From an uncultured archaeon (GTDB lineage: Archaea; Asgardarchaeota; Thorarchaeia; Thorarchaeales; Thorarchaeaceae): a DNA stretch of 64,000 nt. Shown here piece after piece: positions 18,708 through 29,057 of this stretch. The number at the start of each line of letters is the position of its first letter. The stretch's first letter is position 1. The notes below the pieces were generated by a model that saw nothing but the letters and a program-made list of their open reading frames with translations, did not search any database and was not told the DNA's origin. Position numbers and translations under genes: made by a program. The stretch is from contig CAZPWM010000004.1 of the NCBI GenBank assembly GCA_964590575.1, positions 275 through 64,274 on the forward strand, written 5' to 3'.

Positions 18708-20102
18708 TCACGCTGGTTCAAAGTGAATAAACACTGAATTGACTGCGTCTAAACGCTCAAGTATCTTCTTTTCAATTGCTTCAGCAATCTCATGACTTTC
18801 AGTAAGTGTCATCTGACCTGGAATAGTACAGTCTAATAATACAAAAACTCCCACTCGTTCTTCACGAATCTTTGCTTCTCGATAGTTCACAGGCGGTGAA
18901 AATTCAGCAATGATTTCCTTTACTGACTTGATGATATCTGAAGATACCGATGTAATATCCTGTGCTTTGTCCTTTGTCATTGTTGTTTCCAGGTGAAGGG
19001 TCACCGAATTTATGTTTGCGATAATTCCTCTCAATTGCTTTTCAAACAACTCGGACACAGTATGAGCTTCTTCCAAGGTGAGATCTGCTGACATCTCAAG
19101 ATCTGCTGCCACATCGATATTATCTGAAATCTCGAACACTCGAATATTGTGGACACTCTGTATATCTGATATTCTACGGGCAATGATTTGCATCTGGTCA
19201 TAGATATCCATCTCCGAATATTGTGATATATCTCCTTCAACAGGCTCAATATGTACAACGACATCTACTCTATGAGCCAAGTCTTTTAGTTTCTCTTCGA
19301 TGGATTCGGCAATACTGTGTGCTTCAAGGGTGGAAACATTCTCATCAATTGTGATTACAATATCTGCGAATAATTCAGGTCCCACGTGTCGAGCACGTAC
19401 GCGTTTGCATTCTACAACTCCTGGTATCTCCATGCATAGCCCGATGATTTTTTCCCTAGTACCCTCTGGTGCATGATCGACTAGTGCGTCAAAGGCTCTT
19501 CTTGCGAGATTGAATGAGACAAAGAGAATCACAACGGAAACTCCAAGTGCTCCAATCGGATCCCCTATTGGAAATCCAATCCACACAAATGAAAGTCCAA
19601 TTAATACTACAACAGAGCTCAACATATCTGTCCTGAAATGAAGCGCATCTGCTTCTAGAGCTTGGCTACTGTGTTTTCTTGCGTTCTTGTATAGCATTTG
19701 GCTTCTTTCATAATCCACAAAAATACTGAACAACATGACAGCTATACCCCAAAATGTGGCTTCTGCGAATTCTTCGAAAACAATTCTTCTGATTGCTTCG
19801 TAGATAATCCACCCTGACGTTATCCAAAGGATTAAAGTTTCAGCAAGAGCCGCAAAATTCTCAATCTTACCATGACCATATTGATGTTCAGAATCTGGTG
19901 CTTGTGAAGCCCTTCTCACTGCTAACAATGTTATTCCTGCGGCTAAAAGGTCAAGACCACTATGTAGAGCTTCAGAAAGAACACCAATTGAATTGGTGAC
20001 CAGTCCGGTGATTAGTTTGATGAGCGTTAATAATGCGGCAGCGGCCACTGACCATGCTGCTGCTCTCTGTACTTCCTTCCTACCTTCTGCCAACAAATCC
20101 AT
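18708..20102 (-). CDS. Cation diffusion facilitator transporter with three tandem C-terminal cytoplasmic domains
   Basis: TM region with HSGLDLLAAG and HQYGHGKIE motifs; three repeats of an approximately 60-aa segment ending in the motif H[I/L]EP. Confidence 0.7.
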   Translation of the reverse strand: MDLLAEGRKEVQRAAAWSVAAAALLTLIKLITGLVTNSIGVLSEALHSGLDLLAAGITLLAVRRASQAPDSEHQYGHGKIENFAALAETLILWITSGWIIYEAIRRIVFEEFAEATFWGIAVMLFSIFVDYERSQMLYKNARKHSSQALEADALHFRTDMLSSVVVLIGLSFVWIGFPIGDPIGALGVSVVILFVSFNLARRAFDALVDHAPEGTREKIIGLCMEIPGVVECKRVRARHVGPELFADIVITIDENVSTLEAHSIAESIEEKLKDLAHRVDVVVHIEPVEGDISQYSEMDIYDQMQIIARRISDIQSVHNIRVFEISDNIDVAADLEMSADLTLEEAHTVSELFEKQLRGIIANINSVTLHLETTMTKDKAQDITSVSSDIIKSVKEIIAEFSPPVNYREAKIREERVGVFVLLDCTIPGQMTLTESHEIAEAIEKKILERLDAVNSVFIHFEPA

Positions 20103-20225
20103 TTTGGTCACTGCCGAGCGCCATATCAAACCCCGATATAATGCTTATCAATCTGGTCCCTTTTTTTGGTTATAGTTATACCATACGCTCATATCCGTGA
20201 TAGCGCTTGTTATCTGGTGCATCTC

Positions 20226-21383
20226 ATGAAGTATCGTACCGAAGACATCATGTCACCTCCCATTGCAAAATTAGCCGAAGCAGCAAAGAGATTCATCAAG
20301 TCACCTAGTTTCCTGAATCTAGGTCAGGGACTACCCGGTCACATTCCTCCCGATACTGTACTAACCGTTTTGAAAGACCGAATCTCTCATCCCTCTACAC
20401 ATGTCTACACACCTGATGAGGGTCTACTAGAGTTACGTGAGGAACTTGCTCTCTATTTACGTCAGAAATCCGGAATTGATGTTAATCCCCAAGATGAGAT
20501 AGTAATTACTGCAGGAGCAAATAATGCATTCGCTGGCATAATTCTGACACTTGTAGCGCAAGGCCAGAATGTCATCATGCCCTCTCCTTACTACTTCAAC
20601 TCAGTAATGACAGTCAAGCTCGCTGGAGCTGAAGTAAAAGCGGTCCCTGTAGACGAAATGTTTCAACCCCGTGTGGAAGACATTGAGGCGGCTATAGACA
20701 AAGACACAAGTGCAATTTTCATGATAACGCCCAACAATCCGACAGGTGCAGTATATGAAAAGAAAATGCTTGATGACATTGTTGATCTTTGTATACAAAA
20801 TGATATCATGTTGATTTCGGATGAATCATATTCTCGCATGGTCTTTGATGATGCTTCCCATTACAGTCCGAGGTCACGTCGAGATGCAGGTAATCATGTG
20901 GTGACTCTTGGTAGTTTCTCGAAGGATTTTGGAATGAGTGGATGGCGAGTCGGGTTTACTATTGGTCATCCTGAATTCATCAAAGAGTTTCTCAAGGTTC
21001 AGGATACAATGACTATCTGTGCTCCCACAGCTGGGCAGATTCTAGCATTAGAGGTATTGAAGAAAGGTCTAGATTACGTTGAAAACGAACTACAACGGTT
21101 GAACCTACTTCGTGACCTGGCATATCTTCGTATGCGAGAGATTGATGCTTTTGAGGAAATCTATACAAAGGGGACCTTCTATCTATTCCCTCGAGTGAAA
21201 GGCTGCACAGATTCACGAAAACTTGTGATGGATATTCTTCAATCTACTGGAACGCTGGTTCTTCCTGGCATAATCTTTGGGGATGCTGGCGAAGGTCATG
21301 TACGAATCTCGATTGGTCCATTGACCCCAGAAGCTGTGGACGAAGCCTTTGAGAGGTTCTCGAAGTTCTTCAGGGATGACTAG
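20226..21383 (+). CDS. Class I/II PLP-dependent aminotransferase (aspartate/aromatic type)
   Basis: SFSKDFGMSGWRVGF lysine motif region; NNPTG; length about 385 aa. Confidence 0.75.
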   Translation: MKYRTEDIMSPPIAKLAEAAKRFIKSPSFLNLGQGLPGHIPPDTVLTVLKDRISHPSTHVYTPDEGLLELREELALYLRQKSGIDVNPQDEIVITAGANNAFAGIILTLVAQGQNVIMPSPYYFNSVMTVKLAGAEVKAVPVDEMFQPRVEDIEAAIDKDTSAIFMITPNNPTGAVYEKKMLDDIVDLCIQNDIMLISDESYSRMVFDDASHYSPRSRRDAGNHVVTLGSFSKDFGMSGWRVGFTIGHPEFIKEFLKVQDTMTICAPTAGQILALEVLKKGLDYVENELQRLNLLRDLAYLRMREIDAFEEIYTKGTFYLFPRVKGCTDSRKLVMDILQSTGTLVLPGIIFGDAGEGHVRISIGPLTPEAVDEAFERFSKFFRDD

Positions 21384-22687
21384 TTATCTTCGTACATTTC
21401 CCATTCCCAATCAGTCACAATATGGCTAGTATATTCCCGCCACTCTTTTCGTTTGAGTTTCACAAAGGATTCCAGAATATCTTTTCCTAGCGCTTCACAA
21501 ATCACACTATCCGCTTCTAAGGCATCGAGTGCTGTTTCTAATGTAGTTGGGAGCATCTTAATCCCGAGCTTCTCCCGTTCATCGTCGCTCAGGTTGAAGA
21601 TATCCTCACTTCTTGGGTCTGGTGGCGTGAGTTTTCGATTTACACCATCCATTCCCGCAGCAATGATTGCTGTGAAAAGGAGATACGGATTTGTCATTGG
21701 GTCTGGTGATCGTAATTCTATTGCCGCTTTATCACCAGTAGCAAACATTGGAACCCGGATTAGAACAGTCCTGTTCTTTATTCCCCAGGTGATATACACT
21801 GGCGCTTCGTGGTGTGGAACAATTCGTTTGTAGGAGTTGATGCTTGGGTTAGCTATTGCTGTAATAGCTGGAGCATGTTCTAAAAGTCCCGCAATAAACA
21901 TCTTTGCAGTTTCTGATAAATCTGAACCACTGCCAACACCAAACAGGTTTTTTCCATCTTCCCAGAGTTGCAGGTGACAATGAAGACCATTACCCGCTTC
22001 TCCTTCGAAGGGTTTTGGCATAAAGGTCACATCTACTCCCTGACCTCTACAGATTTTTCTGGCTAGATTTTTGAATAACAAGATATTATCTGCCATTTTT
22101 GTTGCATCATCAAAATCTAATTCAATCTCTTGTTGTGATTCACCAACCTCATGATGAATCACTCTCGGTTTGATTCCGAGAGTCCGTAGTGTGGATGCTA
22201 ATTCAAGTAGCATATCCATCCCTGGATTAGTGGGATATGTGTCCGCATAACCCGCTTCATCAAAGGGTTCACCATCTGGTGTTATGAAATGGAACTCAGG
22301 CTCAACCTTGACTTTCATCTGCATCTTACCCGTGAGCAGCTCCTCACTTATTCTGTGCAGTCTCCCTCGGCTATCCAGTGAAAAGAATTCTGAACTTTTC
22401 CCATCAGCAATTTTCTCTCTGATGTAACACATCGCGGCTGCAGTCCTATGCGACGTAAAGGGTAGTTCAATGAGAGATGTCGGATCTGGTTCTAGTCGGA
22501 GATCCGATGATTCAACTTTTGCTAAACCAGTAACTGAGCTTCCATCACAACTGGTCCCGTTTTTCATGGCTGGGTCTTTAGCTACTTCTTCAATTGTTTC
22601 TGATGCCTTACATGGTACAACCATTGCCTTCAATCTGCCAAGAAGGTCTGTGAACCTTAACTCTATGAATTCAATCTTCTCAGACAT
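21380..22687 (-). CDS. glnA: Glutamine synthetase
   Basis: N-terminal beta-grasp (FIELRFTDLLGRLK) and catalytic-domain motifs (GLHCHLQLW, NPYL); start set at MSEKIEF, as the upstream Pro/Arg-rich extension looks non-coding. Confidence 0.8.
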   Translation of the reverse strand: MSEKIEFIELRFTDLLGRLKAMVVPCKASETIEEVAKDPAMKNGTSCDGSSVTGLAKVESSDLRLEPDPTSLIELPFTSHRTAAAMCYIREKIADGKSSEFFSLDSRGRLHRISEELLTGKMQMKVKVEPEFHFITPDGEPFDEAGYADTYPTNPGMDMLLELASTLRTLGIKPRVIHHEVGESQQEIELDFDDATKMADNILLFKNLARKICRGQGVDVTFMPKPFEGEAGNGLHCHLQLWEDGKNLFGVGSGSDLSETAKMFIAGLLEHAPAITAIANPSINSYKRIVPHHEAPVYITWGIKNRTVLIRVPMFATGDKAAIELRSPDPMTNPYLLFTAIIAAGMDGVNRKLTPPDPRSEDIFNLSDDEREKLGIKMLPTTLETALDALEADSVICEALGKDILESFVKLKRKEWREYTSHIVTDWEWEMYEDN

Positions 22688-22748
22688 TTCAAAACCCCCA
22701 GGTACTTGCTCTTTCCGTTCGGGTTTGCTTCCGTTTAAAGGTCTTGGT

Positions 22749-23084
22749 CTATCCCCAAAGCTCTTTATACCACGTTTCTGCGGTGTCACCAATCTCAAGT
22801 CTGATGGAACCGCTGGCGACACTCACCTCATCGCCCTCTCTAATCTCGAAGTTCAGTCCTGCAATCCTGATTGCCTTCTTCTCTAGATGAACATTTCCGA
22901 TGTTTCGAGCGTGCATGGTGGCTACTCTCTTGCCCCCATCCATTACCAGTAACTGGTCATGAAACGTTATTTTGCACTTGAGCTTGAATTTATTCTCCTT
23001 GAAAGAACCCATGTGTATCTCAAGATTGTTGAACTCTGCTTTCACATCTTCTGCATGCATCGGTTTCACAACATACCGGTTCAA
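22749..23084 (-). CDS. Hypothetical small protein, possibly with a TOBE-like OB fold
   Basis: MHARN...GDEV segments loosely resemble TOBE domains; weak. Confidence 0.3.
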   Translation of the reverse strand: MNRYVVKPMHAEDVKAEFNNLEIHMGSFKENKFKLKCKITFHDQLLVMDGGKRVATMHARNIGNVHLEKKAIRIAGLNFEIREGDEVSVASGSIRLEIGDTAETWYKELWG

Positions 23085-23138
23085 CGAGCCTTCTTATGAA
23101 CTTCATCATCGGGATAATTGAATCCGGAAGACAGATAG

Positions 23139-23981
23139 TTGTTCCTGACAACTAGAAGTATGAGAGTGATGAGGAAAGGTCTACATATTGGCACAAGTGG
23201 ATGGTCATACGATAAGGACTGGAAGGGAACTTTCTATACATCTGGAGGATCTATGCTAAACCAATACCTCAAATATTTCAAGACTGCTGAGATTAACTCA
23301 ACCTTCTATGCTCTTCCAAAACCAAACTTCATCAAGCATCTTTCCACCTTGGATGAGAGTGTCTTCTTCACTGCTAAACTTCCGAAAAAAGTCACACATG
23401 ACAATCGGCTCAATCTTCAAGGAGAAGGTGGCGTAACTCTTACTGAGTACTTCAGACTGCTTGAACCAATCAGTAATCGGATTCCGGTTCTATTGATTCA
23501 GCTACCACCATGGGACATATCAACTATGGGTGATTTAGAAACCTTTCTTTCGATGTTGGACTCGCAATATAGGTATGCTATTGAATTTAGAGATCAGTCT
23601 TGGTTAATCAATGCAGTTTGGAATCTGTTGGAAGACTATGGAATCGCCTATGCCATTGTTGATGAACCTAAGATCCCCATAGATCTTCGAATCACGACTG
23701 ATTTCTCCTACATCCGCTGGCATGGCCATGGTGAGAACCCATGGTTCAACTATCGTTTCTCTATCAAAGAACTAGAAGCTTGGGTTCCTCGTATTGAGCA
23801 AGTTACCGATAGTGTCGAAACAACATTTGGTTACTTCAACAACCACTTTGCAGGAAATGCGCCTCTCAATGCGTTTCAAATGCTATCGCTACTTGAGATG
23901 ATTAACCCCAAACAACAAGTAAAACTTGAGCGAATGTTGAAGGTAAGTGAAACAGCTCAAGCCACTCTAGATGAGTTCTGA
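23139..23981 (+). CDS. DUF72-family protein
   Basis: N-terminal HIGTSGWSYDKDWKGTFY signature of DUF72; the start may be 23161 or 23170. Confidence 0.65.
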   Translation: MFLTTRSMRVMRKGLHIGTSGWSYDKDWKGTFYTSGGSMLNQYLKYFKTAEINSTFYALPKPNFIKHLSTLDESVFFTAKLPKKVTHDNRLNLQGEGGVTLTEYFRLLEPISNRIPVLLIQLPPWDISTMGDLETFLSMLDSQYRYAIEFRDQSWLINAVWNLLEDYGIAYAIVDEPKIPIDLRITTDFSYIRWHGHGENPWFNYRFSIKELEAWVPRIEQVTDSVETTFGYFNNHFAGNAPLNAFQMLSLLEMINPKQQVKLERMLKVSETAQATLDEF

Positions 23982-24198
23982 TTCTTCGCTGTTTTAGCAG
24001 ATTCTCCAACCGAAATGCCCAAGCTTATAAGCAATCCCAGGGTTGTTATCATGCATAAAGTGAGAAAAGAAGAGCCAGGTTAACAAATAACCAAAATAAG
24101 ACCAGAACCTTCACTCTGGTATTTGATGTATCTGCTTTTCAGCAATCGCAGAATTAGTCTGATTGATATACTATACTCACAAGAGCAGGATATAACCA

Positions 24199-24348
24199 AT
24201 GGAAAAATTGAAACTCAATTCTAAGAGAGGCTATACTAGAAGTCGTGTAATAAGCGGACATGGGCCTCACAGATTATTGGAAATGAAACAGAAAGAAATG
24301 CTAGATAGACTTGCTAGTGAAGAAAACGCTGAAGCAGAGGTGAGCTAA
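24199..24348 (+). CDS. Small basic hypothetical protein (49 aa)
   Basis: Clean ORF read by hand; TAATG overlap with the next small ORF; AT-rich promoter-like sequence upstream. Confidence 0.25.
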   Translation: MEKLKLNSKRGYTRSRVISGHGPHRLLEMKQKEMLDRLASEENAEAEVS

Positions 24349-24467
24349 TGAGTACGAGAAATTATGACCACTGTACCTGTGGCCACATACGTGAGAAACA
24401 TGAAGACTTCAAGGATGAATGCACCAAATGCACCTGTGAAGTGTTTCATAGAGGCATGAAGCTATAG
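24348..24467 (+). CDS. Cys/His-rich microprotein (39 aa), putative zinc binder
   Basis: CTCGH...CTKCTC spacing; translationally coupled to 24199-24348. Confidence 0.25.
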   Translation: MSTRNYDHCTCGHIREKHEDFKDECTKCTCEVFHRGMKL

Positions 24468-24566
24468 TATAGCACTTACTCCCTAGTAATTAACTCGTAA
24501 TCGATGTCCATCTCGAAAGCCTAATAAGTAGACCAACGGCTCGATGCCGAGTCAGGTGAATAACCG

Positions 24567-25016
24567 ATGAGCTTTGATATTATTGCTGAGCCAAGAGTAA
24601 AATCGCCACGAGATGGTCGCCCAAAGAGGGGCCGTGGTTTTAGTAGTGAAGAGACTACTCAAGCAGGTCTCACCATAGATGAAGCTCGACGAATGGGGCT
24701 CATCGTGGATATTCGAAGAACGACTATCCATCCTGAAAATGTTGCAGCTTTGAAGCAGTACATGAAGGATCTCGAGGAGTTGGTTTCCGCTCTAACTGAA
24801 GAAGAGCAACCTATGAAAACACAGGTTGATGTTGCAGCTGATGACTTAGCATCCCTTCGGGCGGTCAAGGCGTCTGAGGTTCCCCTGCTTGTAAAAGCTG
24901 GCATTAAATCATTCGAAGACTTGGCCTACTGTGATATTTCTAAGGTCGCGAAGAAGACCGGAATTGATGAAGACCGGATTACAGCCATGGTCAAAGCTGC
25001 TCTTAGAAAGGTCTAG
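24567..25016 (+). CDS. rpl13e: Ribosomal protein L13e-like with a C-terminal HhH-like extension
   Basis: RVKSPRDGRPKRGRGFS...AGL...ARRMGL pattern of L13e. Confidence 0.55.
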   Translation: MSFDIIAEPRVKSPRDGRPKRGRGFSSEETTQAGLTIDEARRMGLIVDIRRTTIHPENVAALKQYMKDLEELVSALTEEEQPMKTQVDVAADDLASLRAVKASEVPLLVKAGIKSFEDLAYCDISKVAKKTGIDEDRITAMVKAALRKV

Positions 25017-25051
25017 AGATGTACCTGATTATACCTTAGGGGAAGAGTGAG

Positions 25052-26152
25052 TTGGACTATAATCAGCTCATTTCAGTCTTGAAAAATCCTCCAAAGGTGA
25101 ATTACCCAGTAGTGCTTCCTGACTTTTTTGTAGACCATTTTGTAAAGGTGGAAACACTAGATTGTCTATTGGATGGCTTAATACAACTTGCAGAACAAGG
25201 TGGTGGCAATCTTCTCAACAACGAGCAGTTCATTCGAAGAGGTGGGAATGCTGTTAATACTGCCTCTGCACTTCTATCTCTAGGACTTAATCCACGATTA
25301 ATAGTTACGACTGATGAGCACGGAGCATCACTGCTTCAAGCACTTGCTGACCCTCAACTGGATTTGAGTCATATACACACAGATGGTCGCCTCTCTTCTA
25401 CAGTTTCTATTGAAACAACGCATTCTGAGAGAAAGGTCAACTTGATGTTGAGTGACAGTGGTTCCGCCTCACAATTTGCGTTCTCTGATTTAACTAAGGG
25501 TGATATTGAACTCATTAACAGTAGTGGGATTGTTGCTCTTGTTAACCTGAATCATAATAGAAAAGGTTCCGAGCTAGCTCATGATCTATTCAAGATGGTG
25601 AAGGAGTCTTCTACAGCTAAGACATTCATTGATATAGGTGACCCGTCTGGAAATCCTACGAACGTTACTCAACTTGTTAAACACGTTATCAAAGCTGGTT
25701 TAGTTGATATAATCGGTCTGAATGAAAACGAAGTGGGTTGGATAGTTCAATCATTAGCTGGCGACCAAGAACGTTGGAAAAATCTGCCATTAAAGCCCGA
25801 ACTTTGGCTTGAAGGCGCCCAATTGATTGCTACCGAATCAGGGTCTCGAGTTGATCTTCATACACCTCAATATTCTGCAACCATTATCAATGATGAAATA
25901 ACTGCGATTCCAACATTCATGGTTGAGAGCAATGTGGTCTGTGGCGCTGGCGATGCATGGAATGCTGGTGATATCTATGGCACTCTTCTTAGTCTTCCCT
26001 CAATGGACCGATTGATTCTTGCTAATGCAGTCGCATCTCTCTACGTATCATCAATATCTGCATCTCATCCTTCACTGCCTGATATAGTGAGTTTCTTACA
26101 GTCTGCCCCCATCCTTTCAGGAGATGGTAAAAAGCTACTTATGGCTCAATAA
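25052..26152 (+). CDS. PfkB/ribokinase-superfamily carbohydrate kinase-like protein
   Basis: C-terminal VVCGAGDAWNAGDIYG matches the PfkB GAGD signature. Confidence 0.5.
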   Translation: MDYNQLISVLKNPPKVNYPVVLPDFFVDHFVKVETLDCLLDGLIQLAEQGGGNLLNNEQFIRRGGNAVNTASALLSLGLNPRLIVTTDEHGASLLQALADPQLDLSHIHTDGRLSSTVSIETTHSERKVNLMLSDSGSASQFAFSDLTKGDIELINSSGIVALVNLNHNRKGSELAHDLFKMVKESSTAKTFIDIGDPSGNPTNVTQLVKHVIKAGLVDIIGLNENEVGWIVQSLAGDQERWKNLPLKPELWLEGAQLIATESGSRVDLHTPQYSATIINDEITAIPTFMVESNVVCGAGDAWNAGDIYGTLLSLPSMDRLILANAVASLYVSSISASHPSLPDIVSFLQSAPILSGDGKKLLMAQ

Positions 26153-26198
26153 CTCTTGTACCAATTGTATTTGCAACGCTAAGTTAGGTGTATGACAT

Positions 26199-27194
26199 TT
26201 GGAACTGGAACGTGTTCTTACTAAACTGAAGTTTGATGAATCAGTTAGTGGGTATGCTCTTATCACCAGTGATGGTCAACCCTTCTTGTCGTTTTCATTG
26301 CCAGATGAGGTACTACCTCAAATCAGAGGGACCCTACGAATCCATGGAAAGGATATGAAACTCGTTAACACCATGACCAGTAAAGGAACTGTTATCCTGG
26401 CAAGAGTTGACCCACGATGGGTACTCGCTGTTCTATTCGAGCCTGAGTTCCAGCTTGGTGGTGCTCTCTCAAGGACTAAGGCTGTTGTTGATCTTCTTGT
26501 GCAGGTCGACCTACCTCCTCCCCCAGCTACCATAGCATTGGAAGATGAGGTGACTTCTTTGGTTGAGGATGAACCGATATCTGAACTAGAGTCCAGTATT
26601 CCTGATGAGTCTGAAGATGTCATCGTGGAAGAAACTGCATCTTCTCAACCAACAGAACCATTGTCAATGGAGATAATGTCCACCGACTCTATTGATGAAT
26701 CTCTTAAAGAACAAGTCCAAGTAAGACATGGTTGTGTAGTGCATCGAGGCGAGAACTACAATGACTCCATGACCTTGGACTCGAAGCTCAATGTTACGCT
26801 AAAGAGGGAGTTTGCCAATATTGGCATTGATATCCTTCTAGTTGTCGACGAGAAGATGACCGTCTACAAACTTGCTGAACACTTAGCTAGACCTGTAGAG
26901 AAAGTCATTATGATTGTGGCTTGGTGTGTTTCGCATGATATTCTTTGGATTGAATGTCCTGAGGAACAAGAACCTAGCCAAAAGGCGATTATAGAGCTGC
27001 CTTTGTTTGAGGGGGACCTCAACAAGGCTAAGAAACAACATCGGGCTATACTCGAGTTGTGCAACGGAAAGAGGACATTGCAGGAAATTGCTACTGAACT
27101 TGGAATACTCTATTTCGATGCGTTGCAATGCATAATTCCATACCGCGGAAAAACGGTTAAGTTCATACGCACAGATAAATTGTCAAGATATTGA
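26199..27194 (+). CDS. Roadblock/LC7-domain fusion protein, paralog A: N-terminal Roadblock, PPPP plus acidic linker, C-terminal domain with a CPxFEGD / GxRTxxEIA motif
   Basis: N-terminus LERVLTKLKFDESVSGYALITSDGQPFLSF is a Roadblock/MglB-like start; same architecture as 29058-30065; TTG start. Confidence 0.6.
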   Translation: MELERVLTKLKFDESVSGYALITSDGQPFLSFSLPDEVLPQIRGTLRIHGKDMKLVNTMTSKGTVILARVDPRWVLAVLFEPEFQLGGALSRTKAVVDLLVQVDLPPPPATIALEDEVTSLVEDEPISELESSIPDESEDVIVEETASSQPTEPLSMEIMSTDSIDESLKEQVQVRHGCVVHRGENYNDSMTLDSKLNVTLKREFANIGIDILLVVDEKMTVYKLAEHLARPVEKVIMIVAWCVSHDILWIECPEEQEPSQKAIIELPLFEGDLNKAKKQHRAILELCNGKRTLQEIATELGILYFDALQCIIPYRGKTVKFIRTDKLSRY

Positions 27195-27213
27195 TACTGG
27201 AGGAATAATAACA

Positions 27214-27717
27214 ATGGGTGTAAAGGGAAAAATAGCTTGGAATTTTATGACACCGAAAGTTTCCAAAGTCTTGTTTCAAGCAAGCTACAGAGAACTGATG
27301 AATCTTCTAATGAGCACCAGCATGAGTGTTGATGAAATAAATAGGAAGATGAAAGACATAGGCTTCAGGGTCGGAGAAACCCTGCTTATGGACTATGCTG
27401 ATAGGATCAGAGAACATGCTGGACAATTCCATGAGTTCGCGAATACTTTACAACTTGCATACAAGGTGAATTCAGGACAAACATTCACTAACATCTCGAT
27501 AAGTGAAGATAAGAGAACAATCAAGTTCACAGATGCAGACTGTCCTATATGTGCTGGTGTTCACATCACAGATATGCCTGGTTTGCAGTACTGTGTTATT
27601 GTGAGTGGTGTATTTGATGCAGTCATGAAACTGCGCGGATTCCATGCTGAAAGTTTCCAAGAGTCCTGCAGAGCGTTAGGTGAAGAAGTCTGTACTTGGA
27701 CCCTCTCACTTCGATAA
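27214..27717 (+). CDS. V4R-domain (Bet3/TRAPP-like) protein, paralog A
   Basis: C-terminal DCPICAGV...GLQYCVIVSGVFDAVM...C..LGEEVCTW matches the V4R Cys pattern; paralogous to 30089-30562. Confidence 0.6.
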   Translation: MGVKGKIAWNFMTPKVSKVLFQASYRELMNLLMSTSMSVDEINRKMKDIGFRVGETLLMDYADRIREHAGQFHEFANTLQLAYKVNSGQTFTNISISEDKRTIKFTDADCPICAGVHITDMPGLQYCVIVSGVFDAVMKLRGFHAESFQESCRALGEEVCTWTLSLR

Positions 27718-27780
27718 GTACCCATCACCTAAGCTTTGGAATTCCAACTACTCATCTGGCATAGGTATAAAACATAATAA

Positions 27781-28344
27781 TTGAAAATAGATTATAGAAC
27801 CAACTATGGAGGACCTCGATTGGGTCAAGGATTAGGCACGCTATTAGGTCTGGTCACTGCATTTGCAATAACATTCATCGTGTTGACATTCGGAGATTTG
27901 ATGCCTAATGACCTCATTGCATCAACCGTTGTATCTGACTTCCTCGTCACTGGTGAACTTGAAATACGCTTAGCTGTAGCTGGTACTATCCTATACCCTG
28001 CTCCAGCTTTTCTTGGTTCTACCAGTTTAGGCTCTCTTGTGGGTTATGGTTCAGTAGGTGCGTCTGTTCTCATGTGGCTTGCCTGGGGTACTGGCGGTCT
28101 TGTAGCTGGATTGATGACCAAGGAAATATTTCCAGGAATTCTTTCAGCAGTCTTCTCAGCAATCATTGGAGCTTTTCTCACTTGGCTTCTCTTCTTCATC
28201 ATCTCTCCAGGATTTAATGTCGTAGCCATCTTTCAACAAGGATCTCTTATAATCATGCAAGCCGCACTTGAGGGAACAATCTACCCTGTGATTGCATGTG
28301 CGATTGGCGGACTCCTAGGTAGCGCAATTACCCGAGACCGATAA
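27781..28344 (+). CDS. Gly-rich polytopic membrane protein
   Basis: Several TM segments; TTG start. Confidence 0.4.
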   Translation: MKIDYRTNYGGPRLGQGLGTLLGLVTAFAITFIVLTFGDLMPNDLIASTVVSDFLVTGELEIRLAVAGTILYPAPAFLGSTSLGSLVGYGSVGASVLMWLAWGTGGLVAGLMTKEIFPGILSAVFSAIIGAFLTWLLFFIISPGFNVVAIFQQGSLIIMQAALEGTIYPVIACAIGGLLGSAITRDR

Positions 28345-28911
28345 CTAATCTCTGCTTGAATTCAGAGTTCTACCACACTCAGAGCATATCATAGGATTGG
28401 ACTTGAAGATAGCACCACACTCGCAAACTGTTTCAATCTTAGTTGGAATTGGAGGTTCTGCCTTGCGATTGATTCTGTCTACTATCATTGCTATAGGGAG
28501 CGCAGAGGGTAGCGTGAGGATGGACAAAATCAGAGATGTAAAGAATTGAACGAGTAGGTCAAAGTTCCTACTAGCACGAATCCAGAACTCCGAGTCCAGA
28601 AAAAGTAAGGATATGAGCGCAAATACAGCATGGATAAGACCAACCCAGATTGCAGATCTAACAGAGTTCCACCCCGGTTTGGAAAACACTCCAATCACTA
28701 ATCCGATGACGATCCATGATATAATATATAGAATGATACTCATAGATGAAACTGGGTTGAACAAAGTAGACTGAAGTGCACTACTTCCTGCTAGAAGAAA
28801 CCAAATGATGTTAAACGGTTCTGGATATGTTGGTTGCGCAAGTCCATACAACATAACGATGGTCATAGATCCTATGATGACTGCTAGTAAGCTACCAACG
28901 AAGTTCCTCAT
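28345..28911 (-). CDS. Membrane protein with a C-terminal zinc ribbon
   Basis: Five TM segments plus CECG...CSECG. Confidence 0.45.
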   Translation of the reverse strand: MRNFVGSLLAVIIGSMTIVMLYGLAQPTYPEPFNIIWFLLAGSSALQSTLFNPVSSMSIILYIISWIVIGLVIGVFSKPGWNSVRSAIWVGLIHAVFALISLLFLDSEFWIRASRNFDLLVQFFTSLILSILTLPSALPIAMIVDRINRKAEPPIPTKIETVCECGAIFKSNPMICSECGRTLNSSRD

Positions 28912-29057
28912 GGTGATTCCTCAACATATGCATGTCCCTCTTAACCGTTATTGACAGGATTCAACTTACTTCACGACCACAATCCTTTTCAGACGACTTC
29001 TGAAAATGCTACATGTAGGCCAGTATTTGTCAAACCAGTGCTCGTGAGGTAAATATT

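Noticed and set aside
22688-22822. 45-codon 5' extension of glnA in the ORF track
   Set aside because: The extension is Pro/Arg-rich and unlike GS N-termini; the MSEKIEF start gives a canonical 436-aa enzyme
22749-23084. PII (GlnB/GlnK) regulator upstream of glnA
   Set aside because: The size fits (111 aa) but the sequence lacks the PII T-loop/B-loop pattern; kept as hypothetical
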